Virus record (IMG/VR): IMGVR_UViG_3300045988_090117
Location: 1-64,000 of that record
DNA from: a virus
DNA: 64,000 nucleotides
Direction: 5' to 3' (one strand)
The position numbers and the translations under genes are program-made. Positions 54,075 through 62,410 of the stretch are shown piece by piece (position 1 is the stretch's first letter; the number at the start of each line of letters is the position of its first letter). Below the pieces are notes generated by a model. It had not been told where the DNA came from, ran no database searches, and saw only the letters and a list, made by a program, of their open reading frames with translations.

Positions 54075-56225
54075 CTAACTACAACGACTCCATCCACATT
54101 CAGGACAACTATTACATCCTCCAGTGAAGTTTAATTTATATCCACATTCAGGACAAGTGCTTACAGTAACTTCCTCTTGGTTAACTTCCGCTGTACTCAT
54201 CTCAATATGGTCTGTGATATATCTTTGGTTTAGTTCTAATAGTGCTTTCCCTATAGCACTTGGACAACACTTACCTGAACTAGTATCACCTTTTACAGCA
54301 TTTCTAACAGTATAAGAAGGACAAGCTGGCACACTATTTAATTGATCTACTATCTCTTGTACAGATGCTCCTTTTTTACCAGCTAATGATATTAATCTAC
54401 TAAGTCCTACCATAAAACTATTGCATCCACCTGTGCTACCTTTGTCTAAGAATATATGGCATAAATTACCAGTTTTCTTATGGAAGTATACTGACATCCA
54501 TAAGCTGCCACATCCAGTAGTTAATTGAGTACCATATGCTACACAATTATCAATTGAAGTATCACATAATGGTATGTGTATTGGATCTTCTTTTGGTTGT
54601 TCTTTTGGTTTATCTACTACTAATATTCCTTCCTTCTTACATCCAGCTCTATACACTGTCAATCCTTTACATCCTTCCTCCCATGCGGCTTGATATAAAT
54701 CTCTTATAGTTTCAACACTAGTATCATTAGTTACATTTACTGTACTACTTATACTAGCATCAATATATCTTTGCCATCTAGCTTGTATTGTAACTCTATC
54801 GAATGGATCTATATTCTGAGCAGTGGCTATGTTGCCCACTTCTTCTTCTGAAATTAACTCCATATCAATCATCTTTTGTATTATTGGAGTATATACATTG
54901 TAATATACATCTTCTCCATGTAGGGATTCAGTTTTTCTTGTATAGTGTGTAGCAAATATCGGTTCTACGCCACCACTAACTCCTAACATTGTACTAATAC
55001 TTCCAGTTGGTGCAATAGTAAATAATTGGCTATTTCTAAGACCATATTGTTTTATTAGTTCGATAGTATTACCTTCAATAACATTATGGTTTCTTAATAC
55101 GGATATAAAATCACTTGATAATAATAATTTTGTATCACATTGTGGAAAACATTCAGTTTCCTTAGCTAATAAGGCACTCTCTTTAAGTCCTGTGTTAACC
55201 AATGTACTACCAACTGTGTGGATTATATCAAGAGCACGTGCTGAATCATATTGACAACTCATTTTTAATAGCATATCTGCAAATCCCATTATGCCAAGTC
55301 CTATTTGTCGCCAATCACGTACACTTTTTCTTTGTTCTTCCAATGGATGTAATTCTAATCCTTCATCTAATACATTATTTAAGGCTCTTATAGCTATTCT
55401 TACTGCACTTTTGAACTCAGGGATATTAAATGCAGCTTGTGGAGTAAATGGGTTTTCTACAAATTCACTTAAGTTTAATGCACCTAATAAACAGCTACCA
55501 CCTGCGGGAAGTGGCTCCTCGGCGCAGGGATTAACTCCCGCATACTCAAAGTTATCAAAGTTATTTAAAAGATTATAACTCTTTATTGTATCCCAGTATA
55601 ACATTCCTGGCTCAGCCCAATCATAATTATTTTGAGCAATGTGATCTAGTATATCTCCTCTATTTGCCATGTCCTCATCACTCATTTGTACTGAGATATT
55701 ACATTTTTCTAGTTTGTTATCTAGTTTAGCGTCGATAAAATCATGTACGTCAGGGTGACTACTATCTATACTAATCATTAATGCACCGCGGCGGCCATTC
55801 TGTCCAATAACTCTTGCAGTCTGTTCCAAAACATCCATAAATGATACAGCTCCACTAGTTGTAAGGGATGCATTGTGTACTTCTGCTCCTTTTGGTCTTA
55901 ATGTACTGATATTCACGCCGCAGCCTCCTCCATAGCTAAATGTACGGGCTAACTTCATTGCGGCTGTATATATACCTTCGATACTATCTTCTGGTGGTTC
56001 TATTACATAACAGTTACTGTAAGTAACTCCTCTATCTGTAATACCTCTATTACTAAGTATTCTACCACCAAATAAGAACTTCTTATCTACTATTAATTGT
56101 GCTACTTGTTTATCTCCACCTGATACTCTATCTAGCCATTGGTCAAAACTTTCATCATTACGTTGATATTTTTTCTTCCAAATATCTTCTCCTAGCTCAC
56201 TTAATTTCCAATCTTTTAAATCCAT
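54075..56225 (-). CDS. nrdJ: Class II (adenosylcobalamin-dependent) ribonucleotide reductase
   Basis: 716 aa. Contains ...NCYVIE...GGGCGVNISTLRPKG...VNPCAEEPLPAGGSCLLGALNLSEF... and a C-terminal Cys-rich tail CPECGYKLNFTGGCNSCPECGWSRCS typical of NrdJ. Confidence 0.75.
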   Translation of the reverse strand: MDLKDWKLSELGEDIWKKKYQRNDESFDQWLDRVSGGDKQVAQLIVDKKFLFGGRILSNRGITDRGVTYSNCYVIEPPEDSIEGIYTAAMKLARTFSYGGGCGVNISTLRPKGAEVHNASLTTSGAVSFMDVLEQTARVIGQNGRRGALMISIDSSHPDVHDFIDAKLDNKLEKCNISVQMSDEDMANRGDILDHIAQNNYDWAEPGMLYWDTIKSYNLLNNFDNFEYAGVNPCAEEPLPAGGSCLLGALNLSEFVENPFTPQAAFNIPEFKSAVRIAIRALNNVLDEGLELHPLEEQRKSVRDWRQIGLGIMGFADMLLKMSCQYDSARALDIIHTVGSTLVNTGLKESALLAKETECFPQCDTKLLLSSDFISVLRNHNVIEGNTIELIKQYGLRNSQLFTIAPTGSISTMLGVSGGVEPIFATHYTRKTESLHGEDVYYNVYTPIIQKMIDMELISEEEVGNIATAQNIDPFDRVTIQARWQRYIDASISSTVNVTNDTSVETIRDLYQAAWEEGCKGLTVYRAGCKKEGILVVDKPKEQPKEDPIHIPLCDTSIDNCVAYGTQLTTGCGSLWMSVYFHKKTGNLCHIFLDKGSTGGCNSFMVGLSRLISLAGKKGASVQEIVDQLNSVPACPSYTVRNAVKGDTSSGKCCPSAIGKALLELNQRYITDHIEMSTAEVNQEEVTVSTCPECGYKLNFTGGCNSCPECGWSRCS

Positions 56226-56257
56226 ACAACTGCCTCCTTTATATTTATAAGTCTTAC

Positions 56258-56293
56258 TATATATAGTATAGTAAGACTTTATTTTTTACTAAC
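56258..56293 (-). promoter_or_regulatory. Phage promoter motif copy (-35 TTAGTA, 16 nt, -10 TATACT)
   Basis: Plus strand reads tatatatagtatagtaagactttattttttactaac. The -35 overlaps the stop of the sigma-like gene. Confidence 0.65.
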
Positions 56294-56891
56294 TCAATAA
56301 ATAATTTAATTTCTTTTGAAGTGCACGTCTAATTCCAACAACACCTGCAGTACTAACTCCAATTTCCCTTGCCATGTGAGATTGTTGTAAGTCACACATA
56401 TGGTCAAGTGCTACCATACAGTATTGTAATTGTTTTTCAGATAAATCTTCCTTATGTACTAAGTCAGATAATTCAACTTTGTCATACTCATCTTCAACAC
56501 TTGCTTCCTCCCATCTATCTTCAGTTGTTTCATAACAACTCATTGGAGTACATTGGTCACCGTTGTTGGCTTTACGTTTATTACTCGCATTACTTTGTGT
56601 TAGAGTTCTAAGAGCATTCTTGATATAAACACATATCATAGAAGTAAGTTTACCACTAGTACTCTTTTCAGCATCAAAGTTTTCAAAACATTTCCATATT
56701 TGTTCTAATATAACACTTGTAACTTCATCATCACTTACACCAACATATTTTTTACTCACTTGATAGAATAAACTTTTATTTGTTTCAAATACATATGCAA
56801 TAACTTCATCATGAAAACCTGCTTGATAATCTTTTATTAATTCCTCATCAGTGTGTTTTAAACCATAAACTTTTACAACATCGTTAAACAT
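56289..56891 (-). CDS. Second phage sigma-70 family factor
   Basis: 200 aa. The region 2-like part is VTSVILEQIWKCFENFDAEKSTSGKLTSMICVYIKNALR. The region 4-like HTH is QSHMAREIGVSTAGVVGIRRALQKKL. Confidence 0.55.
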   Translation of the reverse strand: MFNDVVKVYGLKHTDEELIKDYQAGFHDEVIAYVFETNKSLFYQVSKKYVGVSDDEVTSVILEQIWKCFENFDAEKSTSGKLTSMICVYIKNALRTLTQSNASNKRKANNGDQCTPMSCYETTEDRWEEASVEDEYDKVELSDLVHKEDLSEKQLQYCMVALDHMCDLQQSHMAREIGVSTAGVVGIRRALQKKLNYLLS

Positions 56892-56940
56892 ACATCATTC
56901 CCCCTGAACTGTATTTTTTTATTTACTTTCTATATTTATA

Positions 56941-56969
56941 ATTATATAAAGGTTTATATAATTAATCAA
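56941..56969 (-). promoter_or_regulatory. Consensus host sigma-A-type promoter (TTGATT, 17 nt, TATAAT) driving the sigma-like gene
   Basis: Minus strand reads TTGATTaattatataaacctttaTATAAT, with -35 at 56964-56969 and -10 at 56941-56946. Confidence 0.65.
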
Positions 56970-56976
56970 CACTTTT

Positions 56977-57969
56977 TTATAAATTTATTGAAGAAATTTC
57001 TAATTTATCAAATTCAGTGTCTAAATCGTTGATGTCTCTACTATCTAAATAGTTTACTTTACTCAATAACTTAGTCTTTCCTAAATGATGTAATAATTTT
57101 CTACTACCATTCTTGCCAGCTTCGTCTGGGTCTAGTGCTATTATATAATGTCTTATAGGTAATTTATTCAACATAGAATACTGATTTCCTCCTCCAGTAC
57201 CAAATATACATATAGCGGGATGACCTAACTTCCAAAGAGTTAACATATTAAATGGAGATTCCACTATATATACTGGTTGTTTATATAACTTTAGTCTCAG
57301 TACCTCACTTGCACCTAATAAATAATCAGTTTTATTTACGCCACTTGGTATATAGTAAGTTTTACCCACTATACTTCTACGTTGTATCCATTTTACCTCA
57401 CCTTTTAAGTTTGCTACTGGTATAGTTATGCAGTCATCTCTACGGTCATATCCAATATCAAACTGTTCAATAATGTCGTCGGTCAAACCTCTACTATACA
57501 TATAACCAACAGTGTATCTATAAGCCTCTAGGACGTCATAGGGGACGGTCGGTAGCTCCTCTTGAGTAATTCTTCGTCTACTTAAATTTAACTCCACCTT
57601 ACGGGTTTTAAGAGTTAGACCTGTATTATATTGAGCCTTAATCCATTTATTCCCAAATACTCCGCCATCGTTATAGCCAAAGCAAGAACTAATAAAACTT
57701 ATCAGTGACGCAGTATAACCACAAGTAAAACAATGTACTGTGCCAGGCTCTATTATTTTACTCCCTTGATATTTTGGAACAATAGAAACCCCACAAGAGG
57801 GCTTTCGTTCATGTCCATCTTTATGTACTGGACAAGTTATCATGATGTTATCTCCTGTGGGTTTTATATCATTCAATAAAAATATTCCATTACTCATCAA
57901 ACTACCTTTTAAATCAATTAATAACTGTTGATACGTTGTATCAAGTTCCATGCCATTTACATTAATCAT
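56977..57969 (-). CDS. dnaG: DNA primase (DnaG-like: CHC2 zinc finger plus Toprim)
   Basis: Contains CPVHKDGHERKPSCGV...HCFTCG (zinc finger) and VESPFNMLTL...IIALDPDEAG (Toprim). The start is ATG 57969 or GTG 57975. Confidence 0.7.
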   Translation of the reverse strand: MINVNGMELDTTYQQLLIDLKGSLMSNGIFLLNDIKPTGDNIMITCPVHKDGHERKPSCGVSIVPKYQGSKIIEPGTVHCFTCGYTASLISFISSCFGYNDGGVFGNKWIKAQYNTGLTLKTRKVELNLSRRRITQEELPTVPYDVLEAYRYTVGYMYSRGLTDDIIEQFDIGYDRRDDCITIPVANLKGEVKWIQRRSIVGKTYYIPSGVNKTDYLLGASEVLRLKLYKQPVYIVESPFNMLTLWKLGHPAICIFGTGGGNQYSMLNKLPIRHYIIALDPDEAGKNGSRKLLHHLGKTKLLSKVNYLDSRDINDLDTEFDKLEISSINL

Positions 57970-58120
57970 CTTCACATAACTCCCATCTACTATGGTCTTC
58001 TATCCACTCATCTAGGCACTCAGTACTGCAAAACTTAAGTTCCTTATAACTACAATAATCAGGTAATTCTAAAACTATATAATCATAGTCTAATTTTTCT
58101 TCACAATGTTCACATCTCAT
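57962..58120 (-). CDS. Small Cys-rich protein (52 aa, below track cutoff)
   Basis: MRCEHCEEKLDYDYIVLELPDYCSYKELKFCSTECLDEWIEDHSRWELCEDD. GGAGGG lies 6 nt upstream. Confidence 0.4.
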   Translation of the reverse strand: MRCEHCEEKLDYDYIVLELPDYCSYKELKFCSTECLDEWIEDHSRWELCEDD

Positions 58121-58122
58121 AA

Positions 58123-58278
58123 TTATCCCTCCTGTATTTTATATAATAAATCAAATAGTGGGTCTAGGTGCTCAAATACTAAATCACCTTCATCCACTGC
58201 TTTATTTATCAGCCATTTTAATTCTCGTACTAAATCTTTTTCTATTTCCATTTCTCTTATTTTTCTACCAGTTAACAT
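58123..58278 (-). CDS. Small hypothetical protein (51 aa, below track cutoff)
   Basis: MLTGRKIREMEIEKDLVRELKWLINKAVDEGDLVFEHLDPLFDLLYKIQEG. AAGGAG lies 8 nt upstream. Confidence 0.4.
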   Translation of the reverse strand: MLTGRKIREMEIEKDLVRELKWLINKAVDEGDLVFEHLDPLFDLLYKIQEG

Positions 58279-58292
58279 ATAATCAACTCCTT

Positions 58293-58328
58293 TAAATATA
58301 TTATATTAAATTTATTAAAATTACTAAC
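58293..58328 (-). promoter_or_regulatory. Phage promoter motif variant (-35 TTAGTA, 16 nt, -10 TATAAT)
   Basis: Minus strand reads GTTAGTAATTTTAATAAATTTAATATAATATATTT. It restarts transcription after the unit A terminator. Confidence 0.55.
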
Positions 58329-58340
58329 TAACAAATTAAA

Positions 58341-58436
58341 AAAATAAAAACCCCTGACACTGTCCGCTCCAATGCCAGGGTAAAAAAAGGGGAGTTATAT
58401 TATGAGTAGAAGAATGTGCCTCCACATTTCCTCTAC
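58341..58436 (-). ncRNA. Candidate small RNA, unit A (~96 nt, bounded by promoter and terminator)
   Basis: Minus strand reads GTAGAGGAAATGTGGAGGCACATTCTTCTACTCATAATATAACTCCCCTTTTTTTACCCTGGCATTGGAGCGGACAGTGTCAGGGGTTTTTATTTT. It has a 5' 13-bp hairpin, a C-rich linker and a terminator hairpin (58352-58380) with a U-run. Confidence 0.5.
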
Positions 58437-58471
58437 ATATATAGTATAGAAAAAAATGCCATTTTACTAAC
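58436..58471 (-). promoter_or_regulatory. Phage promoter motif copy (-35 TTAGTA, 16 nt, -10 TATACT)
   Basis: Minus strand reads GTTAGTAAAATGGCATTTTTTTCTATACTATATATG. It starts at the helicase stop codon. Confidence 0.7.
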
Positions 58472-59766
58472 TAAAAAACATCAGTAACATCAATTATTTT
58501 ATTATTATTTCTAAGTGGTAATTGTGGCTCAATCTCAGCTCCATCTTCCAATTGTTCAGTCACAAATGAGAAAATACCGTTGTCTATGTCCCACACATAT
58601 AATAATTGCTTATTATTTTCTCCATATCTATTCTTAGTTATTTTAAGACTCAATCCCGCTTTAGTCTGCACAAGAGATATAACCCTACTACTATTCTGAG
58701 CAATACCATCACTCTCACCTATATCTGCTAGTTCGGGATTCTCAGGTTTGTCGATATCAGCTTTATTTCTATTTGCTTGTGCATCTACTATAATTGGGAT
58801 GCTGAATTCTATACTGATATTAAATAAATCTTGAGCAATATGTGTGTACTGAGTTCTTGTTTGGTCTCCCTTTCCTCGTCTCTCATCTTCCATTAATGAT
58901 ATTTGGTCTATGCCAACTATGTCTGGTTTATACTCTTTTATAAGTGCTCTTAGTTTACTAACTGTTAACATTTTACCTCCAAAGTCTACTGGTGTTACTA
59001 CTATATATGGAGGTAATTCTTTATTAGTTTCCAGATCATTAATGTATTGCTTATAATCTCCATCTGCTATTGTACCTCTCATTAATTGAGAGTTTGTGTA
59101 GTTCATACCTAATGTATCATTTCTATATGCCACTTGTAATACACCCATCTCACCACTGTAATGGAGTACTTTTTTATATTGTCTATTTGCCTCTGTTAGA
59201 AACTTTTGTAACAGCCAAGATTTACCTTGGTTTACTCTACCAACTATAGTTACTAGTTCTTCACCTGGTAGCCATCCATTAAGTATCTTGTCTAATTCAG
59301 GTAAGCCACTACCAATTCCTAACATACCACCTTTAGCACGTTTATTCTCTAAGTCCTTTATTTTCTCATCAACCATATTGTTAATATTTACTCCATTACT
59401 CTGAACAGTTTGGTCAAGTAAACGTTGTGCCCTTGTGACTATATGTTGTAAGCCATCAAAAGCATTCTGTTCTAATACATCACCACTAGCTTGAAATAGT
59501 GCCACTCCTTGGTCAAATAGATAGTTTTCTTTTAGATTATAGATAATATATTTTAGTGGCTCTAATACTTCAACAACATCAAAGTCAGGAAATTTTCCCA
59601 TGAATGTTTCCCAGTCAGGTACTTTTCCATAAGTTCTAAAGTGAGTACATATAAAATCAAACTCATCTTGATAGTCTTTAAAATACTCTTTTGTTATCCC
59701 TTGACTCGTATACGCATCTAAATTATTATTATTTAATATATCATTAATTGCTTGTAGTTGTACCAT
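58471..59766 (-). CDS. dnaB: Replicative DNA helicase (DnaB family)
   Basis: 431 aa. Contains GLPELDKILNGWLPGEELVTIVGRVNQGKSWLL (Walker A), IVGIDQISLM (Walker B) and ...IVDAQANR. Confidence 0.8.
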   Translation of the reverse strand: MVQLQAINDILNNNNLDAYTSQGITKEYFKDYQDEFDFICTHFRTYGKVPDWETFMGKFPDFDVVEVLEPLKYIIYNLKENYLFDQGVALFQASGDVLEQNAFDGLQHIVTRAQRLLDQTVQSNGVNINNMVDEKIKDLENKRAKGGMLGIGSGLPELDKILNGWLPGEELVTIVGRVNQGKSWLLQKFLTEANRQYKKVLHYSGEMGVLQVAYRNDTLGMNYTNSQLMRGTIADGDYKQYINDLETNKELPPYIVVTPVDFGGKMLTVSKLRALIKEYKPDIVGIDQISLMEDERRGKGDQTRTQYTHIAQDLFNISIEFSIPIIVDAQANRNKADIDKPENPELADIGESDGIAQNSSRVISLVQTKAGLSLKITKNRYGENNKQLLYVWDIDNGIFSFVTEQLEDGAEIEPQLPLRNNNKIIDVTDVF

Positions 59767-60479
59767 TATATTCTCACCCCTTTTGGTTTCCTTTGTGGCT
59801 TGTTAATAAATTCTACTATTGTACTTGTATCTAATATTCTACTCGCCAACCTACCACCAATATTATCATCTAACTGTTCATCAATAACATTACTAGTAAA
59901 TATATTAGCTTTATTATTTACTATACGTGGGTTAATAAGACTAAATAATATTTGGTGGTCATATTCTTTTAACTTAGTTACTCCTATGTCGTCCCAAATT
60001 ACAAGATCTACTGTTGGTATTAATTTTTCCATTTCTTCTAGTCTCAAGTCAGGTCGTTTTATGGCATTTCTTTTAGCCATTAAGAACTCATCTACATTGA
60101 TGAATAGACCTCTACAACGTGTGCCATTGCCATTCCAAATATTACTAAAATATTTACTCATTAACTTTATTGCCCACGTAGTTTTACCATTACCAAAATA
60201 TGGGCTATATAAATATAAGTTACATCCATCTTGTACAAATTCATTGATATTATTCTTTACACCATTAAGATACTCGTACTTTTTAAGATCATCACCCGCA
60301 CTCAACTTCAAGTCCTCAGGTTGCTGCTTATTCGGTGGAATATTTGCCAAGTTAACCAAATAATAATATTGAAAATATACACTACAACTACAATTGCAGT
60401 CCTTTGTATTATACATAGGACAGTTAGTCCTAAACCAACATTTATCTTTATTAAATTTAAATTCTTTTACATCATACAT
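59766..60479 (-). CDS. DnaC/IstB-like AAA+ helicase loader with a Cys-rich N-terminus
   Basis: 237 aa. Walker A is SPYFGNGKTTWA and Walker B is LVIWDDIG. The N-terminus has CWFRTNCPMYNTKDCNCSC. Confidence 0.65.
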   Translation of the reverse strand: MYDVKEFKFNKDKCWFRTNCPMYNTKDCNCSCSVYFQYYYLVNLANIPPNKQQPEDLKLSAGDDLKKYEYLNGVKNNINEFVQDGCNLYLYSPYFGNGKTTWAIKLMSKYFSNIWNGNGTRCRGLFINVDEFLMAKRNAIKRPDLRLEEMEKLIPTVDLVIWDDIGVTKLKEYDHQILFSLINPRIVNNKANIFTSNVIDEQLDDNIGGRLASRILDTSTIVEFINKPQRKPKGVRI

Positions 60480-60495
60480 ACTAAAAACCTCCCTT

Positions 60496-60531
60496 TATTT
60501 ATAGTATAGTAAAAAATCTACTTTTACTAAC
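60496..60531 (-). promoter_or_regulatory. Phage promoter motif copy (-35 TTAGTA, 16 nt, -10 TATACT)
   Basis: Plus strand reads tatttatagtatagtaaaaaatctacttttactaac. It restarts transcription after the unit B terminator. Confidence 0.65.
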
Positions 60532-60534
60532 AAG

Positions 60535-60632
60535 AAAAAACCCCCGATACCAAAGGGGGGGGGTAGATATCGGGGTAAAAAATAAATATTAAGGGGTTAT
60601 ATATGTAAGGGGCTGAATACCATATTCCTTAC
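60535..60632 (-). ncRNA. Candidate small RNA, unit B (~98 nt, bounded by promoter and terminator; C9 loop)
   Basis: Minus strand reads GTAAGGAATATGGTATTCAGCCCCTTACATATATAACCCCTTAATATTTATTTTTTACCCCGATATCTACCCCCCCCCTTTGGTATCGGGGGTTTTTT. Its architecture is homologous to unit A. Confidence 0.5.
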
Positions 60633-60667
60633 ATATATAGTATAGAAAAAATCCCCATTTTGCTAAC
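60632..60667 (-). promoter_or_regulatory. Phage promoter motif copy (-35 TTAGCA, 16 nt, -10 TATACT)
   Basis: Minus strand reads GTTAGCAAAATGGGGATTTTTTCTATACTATATATG. It lies directly after the methyltransferase 2 stop. Confidence 0.7.
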
Positions 60668-60669
60668 TA

Positions 60670-61425
60670 CTAAAATAATTTTCTTTGTCTACTAATCGTC
60701 TCTAATCTATCTTTAGTTATATTAAAATATTTTTTATCTAACTCAATTCCGATAAACCTTCTATTTAAATTCAAACAAGCCACTCCGGTACTACCTGAAC
60801 CCATTGTAAAGTCAAGAATTACATCACCTTCATTTGTATATGTTTTAACTAAATATTCAAGCAATGCGACTGGCTTTTGTGTTGGATGATATCTATTTTT
60901 AACATCTCTATTAAATTTAATAATTGAAACAGGGTATCTTTTGCCATCATTCTTAGATATATAGCCATCAATCGTCCCTACGCCTCTATATACACCACGC
61001 ACACGAGGTCTTTTTACTACATATGGTTCCCCCTCTGTAAATTGTGGATTATATGTGGGTAACTTTTTATAAAACACCAATATATTCTCATGTTTCTTTA
61101 GTGGCATTCTTTTAGCATTAAGCCCACCTGTTCCCTGTTCTTTTTCCCATATCCATTCATATCTAAGCATCTCTAAATTACTAACTCCAAGAACTTTATC
61201 AAATGGAGTTTGAGCAAATAAACATATAACTGCATTATCTTTTATTAATTTATTTAGTCTCTCCCACATACCATCTAATGGGATTATTGAATCCCATTTA
61301 CAGGCAGTTGTCCCGTATGGGGGATCTGTAATTATAGCATCGACTTTTACACCCCCCTTAATCAACTTATCCATTATTTCCAGGCAATCACCATTATATA
61401 ATTTATAGTTTTCATTATTATTCAT
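60670..61425 (-). CDS. DNA methyltransferase 2 (N6-A/N4-C, DPPY beta-class), close paralogue of 47956-48789
   Basis: Contains DAIITDPPYGTTACKWDSIIPLDGMW...HPTQKPVALLEYLVKTYTNEGDVILDFTMGSGSTGVACLNLNRRFIGIE. Confidence 0.8.
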   Translation of the reverse strand: MNNNENYKLYNGDCLEIMDKLIKGGVKVDAIITDPPYGTTACKWDSIIPLDGMWERLNKLIKDNAVICLFAQTPFDKVLGVSNLEMLRYEWIWEKEQGTGGLNAKRMPLKKHENILVFYKKLPTYNPQFTEGEPYVVKRPRVRGVYRGVGTIDGYISKNDGKRYPVSIIKFNRDVKNRYHPTQKPVALLEYLVKTYTNEGDVILDFTMGSGSTGVACLNLNRRFIGIELDKKYFNITKDRLETISRQRKLF

Positions 61426-61452
61426 ACAGACTCATCTCCTTATTTTTATTTA

Positions 61453-61488
61453 CAAATAAAGTATATAAAAATGTAAAAATTTGCTAAC
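61453..61488 (-). promoter_or_regulatory. Phage promoter motif copy (-35 TTAGCA, 16 nt, -10 TATACT)
   Basis: Minus strand reads GTTAGCAAATTTTTACATTTTTATATACTTTATTTG. Confidence 0.6.
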
Positions 61489-61512
61489 TAAAATAAAAAA
61501 AACTCTTGAATG

Positions 61513-62331
61513 TTATCTAAATCTTTTGTTTCTAGTAGAAACTTTATCATCTACTATTTCTCTTTTACATCTCCATTTTTCAAATTTTTTAATTTCATCT
61601 TTATCACCAATATATTTTTTCTTTAATGCTGCTATAGTGTTCCCCATAAAATGTTCCTCATCTTCCATCATATATAACTCTACCCATTTTTCGGCAGTTT
61701 CTTTTATATCTAAATATAATTGCCAAGGGTATTTATTGTCTGTATCCATAAATAAGTTAAATAATGGTTGTTTCATGTATATTTTTTTCAAACCACCTTT
61801 ATAAGAAGCTATTTGAGCCATGACTTTACTTAAAGCTATACATTTTTTACTATCACCTATTATTTCATAAAAATCATATGTTTCATGTGCTTCTTGTCGT
61901 CTAAATGATAATAACTGTTCTTTTAAATGTTCTGCTACTATAAATTTCTCACAATCAACAAAGTATTTTCTTAATTCCTTACTTATTCGTTTTGTTTCTT
62001 TATTTACTCTAGGTTTAGCTCCTATTGTCATCACTATTTCATTCGCTATATCCAATGATATAAAATAATCTGTGTGTGGTCGACCTCCAGTACTTTTTCG
62101 TTTTAAAACGATAAAGTCTATTCCTTCTTCAGCATCTATTTCTTTTAATACCTTTGGCATCCAATCAGCAAAATGTGTAGTAGTTTTATTTAATCGTATA
62201 CCCTTAAATAATTCAAAACCATCAATTCCTAATAACGGTTTCCCTTCTGTACCTAAATATTCTACATCTTCATATATAGGTACTATTTCACTTAGTGCGA
62301 AGTCTTTAATACGCCATTTTTTATTTCTCAT
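61513..62331 (-). CDS. AntA/AntB-type antirepressor-domain protein
   Basis: ...FADWMPKVLKE...GIDFIVL...GGRPHTDYFISLDIANEIVM...ISKELRKYFVDCEK matches my memory of the AntA pattern (dY.ltldmAKel.M...R.YFI.cE). The start is ATG 62331 (9 nt after GAGGAG) or 62340. Confidence 0.55.
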   Translation of the reverse strand: MRNKKWRIKDFALSEIVPIYEDVEYLGTEGKPLLGIDGFELFKGIRLNKTTTHFADWMPKVLKEIDAEEGIDFIVLKRKSTGGRPHTDYFISLDIANEIVMTIGAKPRVNKETKRISKELRKYFVDCEKFIVAEHLKEQLLSFRRQEAHETYDFYEIIGDSKKCIALSKVMAQIASYKGGLKKIYMKQPLFNLFMDTDNKYPWQLYLDIKETAEKWVELYMMEDEEHFMGNTIAALKKKYIGDKDEIKKFEKWRCKREIVDDKVSTRNKRFR

Positions 62332-62363
62332 GTTCCCCATCTCCTCAAATTTTATTTATCCTA

Positions 62364-62399
62364 CACATATAGTATATAAAAATGTTAAAATTTGCTAAC
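62364..62399 (-). promoter_or_regulatory. Phage promoter motif copy (-35 TTAGCA, 16 nt, -10 TATACT)
   Basis: Minus strand reads GTTAGCAAATTTTAACATTTTTATATACTATATGTG. It restarts transcription after the unit C terminator. Confidence 0.65.
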
Positions 62400-62410
62400 T
62401 AAAATAAATA

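Noticed and set aside
60555-60563. The G9/C9 homopolymer as a phase-variation switch of a protein-coding gene.
   Set aside because: It lies in the non-coding unit B terminator loop, not in an ORF or between the -35 and -10 of a promoter. Length variation would affect only the RNA structure.
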